Below, piece by piece: positions 57,881 through 64,000 of a stretch of DNA of 64,000 nucleotides. Each line of letters begins with the position of its first letter. Position 1 is the stretch's first letter. A program made the position numbers and the translations under genes. The stretch is taken from contig CAXXWQ010000004.1 in NCBI GenBank assembly GCA_963674945.2, forward strand, positions 2,528,001 through 2,592,000, written 5' to 3'. The DNA is from an uncultured Desulfosarcina sp. GTDB lineage: Bacteria > Desulfobacterota > Desulfobacteria > Desulfobacterales > Desulfosarcinaceae. The notes beneath the pieces are model-generated. The model saw only the letters and a list, made by a program, of their open reading frames with translations. It was not told where the DNA came from and did not search any database.

Positions 57881-59717
57881 AGCGTTAGAGAGAATCAACG
57901 AGCGGCCGGAACCGTTCGCGTTTTACACCGCGAACGACCTATGGACGGATGCGCATACATCGTCACAGATGCTCTCTTTCCACCTAAATGAAACCATCGA
58001 TGTTTCTTCGCGAAACGCGGCGTTTATCGATCGATCGGTGAAATGGATTGCTTCGAAATTCGACATCGGCAAGGATACAAAAATCGCGGACTTCGGCTGC
58101 GGTCCGGGATTGTATGCAACGCGTTTAGCGAAACGGCGGGCGGAAGTGACAGGCATTGATTTCTCGGGCAGGTCCATCGAATATGCAAAGAACGTGGCAT
58201 CCCGGGAGAAGCTGAACATCAGCTATGTATTGCAGAACTATCTGGACTTTGAAACACAGGACCGATTTGACCTTGTCTTGATGATCATGTGCGACTACTG
58301 CGCCCTGAGCCCGACACAAAGAAAAGAGATTCTGAACAAATTCCATAGGATTCTGAAACCGGACGGTTCCGTCCTTCTTGATGTTTATTCCCTGTCGGCT
58401 TTTGACCAAAGAGAAGAGGTGGCGACATACGAAGTAAACCTGCTCAATGGATTCTGGTCGCCGAATAAGTACTATGGCTTTCTGAATACCGTAAAATACG
58501 ATGAAGAGAAGGTCGCATTGGACAAATACACAATCGTTGAACCGGAGCGCACCAGAACGGTGTTCAACTGGCTGCAATATTTTTCACCCGAGGATCTGGG
58601 GAAAGAGTTTCAGGATGCCGGATTTTGCATTGAGGGTCTTTACTCGGACGTCATGGGGACCCCGTATGATCGGAACTCCGATGAATTTGCGGTCATCGCC
58701 AAAAGGGCTTGGACCGGCACAGAACATCAGAATAGGCAGATCATCATGGAAAGAGGAACAGATATGAAAACTTCCGCAACCGGCAGGTATGATATCGGAA
58801 AGTGCAGGAGCGTCAGGATCAAATGTGTTTCTGAATTGGGATGGTTCGACTCAGAAAGAGTCTTGGAGCAGATGATGGAAGCGGGCGGACCTGAAACGAG
58901 TCAGTGGGATATTCCCTGGGACATCCAAAATGCGGCCGGATGCTGTTCGCTGGTCGATATGGAGGCAATCGATGGTTCCCGTCACAAATTTCTAATGGAC
59001 ACGGGATGGAACAACCAGTACATGGATGAGGCGTTTGCGCGTGAGGGGATTGATAAGATGCTCACAAACGGAGAGATCGAGTTTCTCATCATTACCCACG
59101 AACATCTGGATCACTATTGGGGGTTGGAAACCACCTTACGATACAACCCTGAAATCAAGATTATCATTCCCGATACTTTTTCTTCCGAAGGCTTGTCTTT
59201 TCTCAAAGGAGCCGAATTCAGCGATTCCAATACCCGCAACGTAATTCCCCATAGAGGAAATTTGATTAAAACCGGACCAGGCATTGTAAACAAATTATAT
59301 GAAGGATGTGCCTGCGTTGCCTTTGATCTGCCGATCCTAATGCGTGTTCGTGGTGAGCAGTCCTTGTTTTTCAATGTCCAGGACAAAGGGATTGTCTGTG
59401 TGACAGGCTGCTGTCACCAGAGCATCTTGGCGCTCGCCGATTTCGCGCGGGAAAACATTGTCGGCGGTGATACCATTTACGGTGTTTATGGCGGATTGCA
59501 CATTGCTCCCTTCGGCCCGATGAATTCCGAAAGTGAACATATTGTCAGAGAAATGGGAAAATACAATTTCAGCAAAATCGCCTGCAACCATTGTACTGGC
59601 ATTTCGGCAGTGGAAAAGATGGTAGAACTCGGCTATCCGATTGTTCGGGGGACGGGCAGTTTCGGATCGAAAAGTGATCTTTATATCGGAAATGGGGATC
59701 AGGTTGTTTTCGGATAA
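57873..59717 (+). CDS. Class I SAM methyltransferase fused in frame to an MBL-fold metallohydrolase
   Basis: DFGCGPG and GIDFS in the N-half; MDTG, THEHLDH, GCCH, GGLH and NHCTG in the C-half. Confidence 0.85.
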   Translation: MFEALERINERPEPFAFYTANDLWTDAHTSSQMLSFHLNETIDVSSRNAAFIDRSVKWIASKFDIGKDTKIADFGCGPGLYATRLAKRRAEVTGIDFSGRSIEYAKNVASREKLNISYVLQNYLDFETQDRFDLVLMIMCDYCALSPTQRKEILNKFHRILKPDGSVLLDVYSLSAFDQREEVATYEVNLLNGFWSPNKYYGFLNTVKYDEEKVALDKYTIVEPERTRTVFNWLQYFSPEDLGKEFQDAGFCIEGLYSDVMGTPYDRNSDEFAVIAKRAWTGTEHQNRQIIMERGTDMKTSATGRYDIGKCRSVRIKCVSELGWFDSERVLEQMMEAGGPETSQWDIPWDIQNAAGCCSLVDMEAIDGSRHKFLMDTGWNNQYMDEAFAREGIDKMLTNGEIEFLIITHEHLDHYWGLETTLRYNPEIKIIIPDTFSSEGLSFLKGAEFSDSNTRNVIPHRGNLIKTGPGIVNKLYEGCACVAFDLPILMRVRGEQSLFFNVQDKGIVCVTGCCHQSILALADFARENIVGGDTIYGVYGGLHIAPFGPMNSESEHIVREMGKYNFSKIACNHCTGISAVEKMVELGYPIVRGTGSFGSKSDLYIGNGDQVVFG

Positions 59718-59882
59718 TGGCTATGGCCTGGATGATCCGATCGATATTTTTTGGGATTATTTCAATATATCTTCATCACACCAAATTCTATATTTATCAT
59801 GCTCTCGGCGCAGGCTCACCCGAAAACAACTCAGGTTGTGAACAAATGCTATAAATTCTAATGGCCCATCATATAATAGTAA

Positions 59883-59911
59883 TTGACAAATAGAATTTAA
59901 TTGGTTATAAA
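59883..59911 (+). promoter_or_regulatory. Sigma70 promoter
   Basis: TTGACA-17 nt-TATAAA. Confidence 0.65.
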
Positions 59912-60129
59912 AAGTGAATTGAATTCATTCAGACTTCGTTTTTGGCCCTCCTGGGAAAAGAAGCGATGAATTATGAACTTTTTGTTCATGGAGTATATTG
60001 GTTTTTACGTTACAACGTAGATCCGAGCATCATTATGAATGAGGGCACAACGAAATCCGAGTATTTAAGCGGTATCCTTGCCGCTGCCCCGAATGGTCGT
60101 TGCGTTCAACATACGAATTGAATCTTTAA

Positions 60130-60543
60130 ATGAAAACTGAGAAACAGAAAGGCTTTTTAATGAAAAAATTGCTGAAGCAGAATGGCTTTATCCTCACTGC
60201 TGCATTCTTTTTTTCGGTTTCAACATTGATTGGATGTGGCAGTGGAAATGACCTTCAGTCCCAAGTTAGCGGAACGTGGCAACGCATTCAAGGTGAAGGG
60301 ACCGTCGAAATAAATCTTGAAAAGATGCCTTACAGTTTGAAATTTAACGATAAATTATATTCTGTTACTATCGAAGAAATTGATAAGGAAAAGAACAACG
60401 TTTATCTGCAGGTAGAAACCACAGCCGGGCAAAAAGAAGATTGGACCCTCCATCAGGTATGGGATGATAACGGATCCAGCTTCAAAATAGCCTTTACTCA
60501 CAATGGGACCAAGGAAATCCTGGGGTCAAAAATTCACACCTGA
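60130..60543 (+). CDS. Hypothetical lipoprotein
   Basis: Lipobox LIGC; start at 60130 or 60160. Confidence 0.75.
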   Translation: MKTEKQKGFLMKKLLKQNGFILTAAFFFSVSTLIGCGSGNDLQSQVSGTWQRIQGEGTVEINLEKMPYSLKFNDKLYSVTIEEIDKEKNNVYLQVETTAGQKEDWTLHQVWDDNGSSFKIAFTHNGTKEILGSKIHT

Positions 60544-60834
60544 CAATTTCGCCATTATAATTACAAAAGCGCTGTCATTGCTACTTTACAGGGTCTTTCT
60601 CAGCCTGGCAAAATATCTTTTGCATATGGATTTACGGAGCCTATATTCCAGATAGCCTAAATTTTAAACGACTCGGGTCATACGATCAACGGCGGTTTCA
60701 CAAACTTGCCCCGTTTCCAAAACCGCCGTGGTAAATGAATGATCGAAAGCGCCTGTCTTGCTTTTTGCGAGTTCCAGTCCAATGCAGTTGCGCAACACCG
60801 ACCACAAGTCAAACGCCCATGTTCGTTGTTTCGG

Positions 60835-61800
60835 CTATCCTTCCGCCTTTTTCTCGAGTTCATCCAGTTTGTCCGGATCGGAGACGGCGATGTCCACAAG
60901 GCTCTTGGGGATGGAGCTTTGTTCACACATCGTGCGAATCTCCTTTTCCACATCACTGAACTCCATGATTTCGCGAATGGATTCGATGAAAAAGAGCATA
61001 TCTTCCGATGAAATGTCTTCCAGCGCCGGACCTTCGGCTTCCGCTTTCTTTCGGGCGGCTTCCTCTTCGGCCAGCCGCTGCTTCTCCTTCATCTCCTCTT
61101 CCATGGACTTTTTGACCGCATCGATGGTGCCCTGATCCACCTTCATCATCTCGATGATCAATGCTTCGGTGACTTCATTGTCAAAGAGATGCTTGACCTT
61201 TTCTTCTTCTGATTTGGAGGCGACTTTTTCTAGCAGGATGGACACTCTTTCTCTCTCTGCCTGCTCCTTTTTTATCGCCGCCTGCACCTGTTTCAGCTGG
61301 TCTTCGGTAATTTCAAGGGAACTGATGATGGTTTTCGCATTGATCTCTTCTTCGATCAACATACGAATGCCTTTATCATCGGGCATGCCCTTGGCCTTGG
61401 CAACCAGCAAATCGAGTTTCGCCTTTTCGACGGCCCGGACCACTTCCGGACGACGCTCAGGCGTTCTGAGTTCAGGCCAGGTCTTGCCGATATCATCGAG
61501 AAGTCTGGTGGTTGCCCCAAAAGGATCGGTGACATCCTCCAGTGTGAAGGCGGCGATGGCACCATTGAGATCCTTCAACATGGGCTTTCCGACACTTCGC
61601 ATTTTATCGACGGCCCATCTCAACTGCATCAGGTTGCCTCCGTGACGGGAAACGTTGTAGCCGGCTTTATCCAATTCACCGGCAATCTGTTGAATCGATG
61701 ATTCTACGTTGCCCTCCGAAATATCCTTGGCTTCGAGAGCAAGAATGTTTTCCTCCATTGCAAGCCAAAGAGGCCTCTTTTTTGCTTCACTCGTCGTCAT
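60835..61800 (-). CDS. Acidic helical hypothetical protein
   Basis: Long ORF rich in E/K; ATG 61800 preceded by GGAGG. Confidence 0.8.
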   Translation of the reverse strand: MTTSEAKKRPLWLAMEENILALEAKDISEGNVESSIQQIAGELDKAGYNVSRHGGNLMQLRWAVDKMRSVGKPMLKDLNGAIAAFTLEDVTDPFGATTRLLDDIGKTWPELRTPERRPEVVRAVEKAKLDLLVAKAKGMPDDKGIRMLIEEEINAKTIISSLEITEDQLKQVQAAIKKEQAERERVSILLEKVASKSEEEKVKHLFDNEVTEALIIEMMKVDQGTIDAVKKSMEEEMKEKQRLAEEEAARKKAEAEGPALEDISSEDMLFFIESIREIMEFSDVEKEIRTMCEQSSIPKSLVDIAVSDPDKLDELEKKAEG

Positions 61801-62113
61801 CCTCCAGTCTCCTTTCTGAATTTTCAATTCGGTGGTTTCGATGCGCAAAGGGTTATCGCTGAAACCCAGCGGTTTCCCTAATGTTTCAATGGGTAATGAA
61901 AATGAAGTCCTTTTGCCAGGCAGAGTCTATAGAGACCAGTACATTCGAGTCAAGCAAAATTTGAAATGGATAAGGGCGGGCAATGGATAAGGACAAGCCG
62001 ATGGAAAATATCGCTTTTGGATAGCGTGACGATTTTGTGCGAATCGCTTTGATCGTTTTTGTTTTGCAACCATGTTTGGTTTTCATGTATGATATATGAT
62101 CAAGGAGAAAAAC

Positions 62114-62758
62114 ATGAAAAAAATGGCAAACCCACTCTCCATTGCGGTCTTGGCCGTTCTTTTGCTTGCCTGTACCGGTTCGCGTATGCAAATGACGCCC
62201 ACCCACGTGGAAGAAACGGCGGCAGGGACACCGATCACAGATACGCTGATTATCGTCGTGATTGACGATGAAGAACTCAGGACGGTCTTCGAAAAGCATT
62301 TCAAGGATTGGCTGGCGTCCAAAGGCGTTGAGGCGGTTACCAGCTCCGAAATATTCCCCGGCCAACAGGATATCAGGTTGGAAAAACAGGTGATCGATGA
62401 TGTTATCGATAAATATGAAAATGACTCCGTGTTGATCACCCATTTGGTGAAGTTTGACGAGAACGAAGTATTCAACCGAGACCGACCTCAGTTTGTCGGC
62501 ACATACTATAGCTATTATGGATATGCATGGGGCTATGTCTACCACCCCACTGTCTATGGTGAAACGGTTCGATACACACTCGAAACCCTTCTGTACGATG
62601 TGAAAACCCAAAAACCGATCTGGTCAGGCGAGTCGAAAATAACCAATCCCAAAACCGCCGGGCAGGCCATCAGCCAGGTAGTGGCGGCGGTAATGGAGGA
62701 ACTGGAAAAAAACGGTCTTTTGCCCGCCCCGTCCTCTGTGAGGACAAAAACCCAATAG
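62114..62758 (+). CDS. Hypothetical lipoprotein (DUF4136-like)
   Basis: AGGAG RBS, lipobox LLAC, Tyr/Gly-rich loop and LYDVKT.K.IWSG motif. Confidence 0.78.
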   Translation: MKKMANPLSIAVLAVLLLACTGSRMQMTPTHVEETAAGTPITDTLIIVVIDDEELRTVFEKHFKDWLASKGVEAVTSSEIFPGQQDIRLEKQVIDDVIDKYENDSVLITHLVKFDENEVFNRDRPQFVGTYYSYYGYAWGYVYHPTVYGETVRYTLETLLYDVKTQKPIWSGESKITNPKTAGQAISQVVAAVMEELEKNGLLPAPSSVRTKTQ

Positions 62759-62901
62759 ACATCCTTCATACAGAAAAATTCGTGGATCGAGGCAGTGTAC
62801 CTATTTGAATTGCTGATGGTGAAAATTTTCATACATCGCTTCCCTTTTTTCGGGTAATTTGGTAAAAGTAACAGAAGCTTACAATAGATATCGAGGAAAT
62901 C

Positions 62902-63180
62902 ATGATACCGATTATAAAAGAGCAGCTTCAGTCTTTGACGGACCGGCTGGATGATCCGAACCAGCTCGATGCATGCAAGGATGAAATGCGCCGTATTCGT
63001 GATAAACAGTGGGAATCGTTCCGAAGTTCCGAAGGCTCCTGTTGTCTCGTGCCCAGTCCGGACGCCGATCTTTTCAGCGAGGTTCATATGATGGATCGGG
63101 TGGTTACGGCTCTCGAACAACGGGATGCCGCCGAAGCCGCATCCCTGTTGCGGGAAGCCCTTTCGAGCGCCGATACGTAG
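62902..63180 (+). CDS. Hypothetical protein
   Basis: GAGGA RBS; 92-aa helical ORF with CC motif. Confidence 0.65.
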   Translation: MIPIIKEQLQSLTDRLDDPNQLDACKDEMRRIRDKQWESFRSSEGSCCLVPSPDADLFSEVHMMDRVVTALEQRDAAEAASLLREALSSADT

Positions 63181-63459
63181 GCAATCGAATTGAGAGGCAA
63201 TTCGACTCTCTCCAACATTACGGATGCGGAGTCAATTTTTTCGCTACTTGGAAAAATGGATAAAGAAATCCTAGGTGATGCCGATATAGATGCAAGCCCC
63301 AAAAAAACGTGATCTTCCAGGGGGGAACCATAACTTACAAATCGGGATCATGATACAATTATACGTGGCCGGCATGGCACAGACAAACTGAAGGTCTTTT
63401 TCAATCTTCATTCGGGTGGGCAAAAGGCCCCATGGATGAAAAGCAAGAAAGGAACGATC

Positions 63460-64000
63460 ATGAAAAAAGCGTTTTCGATTACCGGCGTATTGATTGGCAT
63501 CGCGATTCTCGCCTTGCTGCCCATCGCATGCGGTGGCGGTGGTGATGGTGGTGGCGTCACTCCGGGCGGCGGGGGAGGCGGGACATCTCCGACAATGGTG
63601 CTCGATCAGACCAAAGTGGATGAAATCCTTACCGTCGTTGATGAAACCATGCCATTTTGTACGCGAGACGGAAGCGCGACGCAGGCTGCCACATCGACAA
63701 TGAAAACAATGGCTCGCCTTGGAACCGAAGTCATGGACAGCATCGGTGTTCAATATGCCAACCAGACAGCGATTGCCCCGTCCGCAACAGTTCCAATCGA
63801 TCCAATTCCGGGAGATTGCGCCACCAATCCGGGTCAATTGGTTCCCACCATTGATATGGATCAAAGCACCGGGGCATTCTCCGGCCAAATCGATTTTCAG
63901 AGCCTCTGTATCGATGGCGGAGCGGCCGGCGAAATCAATATCGACGGCGCAGGCACGTTCAACGGCACGATTGACGATCTTGAAAATCCACAATCCGTCA
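63460..64000 (+). CDS. Lipoprotein with Gly-rich tether, 3'-partial
   Basis: AAGGA RBS; MKKAFSITGVLIGIAILALLPIACGGGGDGGG...; frame stays open to the window end. Confidence 0.8.
   Translation, partial: MKKAFSITGVLIGIAILALLPIACGGGGDGGGVTPGGGGGGTSPTMVLDQTKVDEILTVVDETMPFCTRDGSATQAATSTMKTMARLGTEVMDSIGVQYANQTAIAPSATVPIDPIPGDCATNPGQLVPTIDMDQSTGAFSGQIDFQSLCIDGGAAGEINIDGAGTFNGTIDDLENPQSV

Noticed and set aside
63271..63993. 240-aa minus-strand ORF
   Set aside because: It is the shadow of the plus-strand lipoprotein starting at 63460.
1..64000. CRISPR array, tRNA, rRNA or known riboswitch
   Set aside because: No regularly spaced repeats or recognisable RNA gene signatures seen; cmscan and tRNAscan-SE would be needed to exclude them formally.

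Overview
Bacterial chromosome segment. Gene content and repeat families suggest a Desulfobacterales-like deltaproteobacterium (inference). Roughly 3.6-16.7 kb is visibly more AT-rich and looks accessory. It holds a LytS/LytTR pair, a DUF1302-DUF1329-carboxylesterase unit and a URO-D/MtaA-family gene split by an intact IS1380 (5-bp TGTAA duplication). It also holds a decayed integron: an intI N-terminal remnant, a putative attI and a complete vapBC cassette with a well-formed attC, followed by a poly-gamma-glutamate hydrolase and brnTA. The rest is mostly housekeeping and envelope genes: vWA-ExbBD operon, aceE-aceF-lpdA, csp, SLC12-like transporter, sigma54-driven HAS-like GT2, a degenerate 5'-nucleotidase/beta-barrel fusion, an ECF sigma/anti-sigma locus sharing a promoter motif with an RND pump, DUF748, aminotransferases and a methyltransferase-MBL fusion. 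A family of ~120-bp TIR elements (TGACGG..TCGTAAAAAG ends) is scattered through the window and supplies stop codons to two genes. No rRNA, tRNA or CRISPR array was seen. All family calls come from motif recognition by eye, not database searches.
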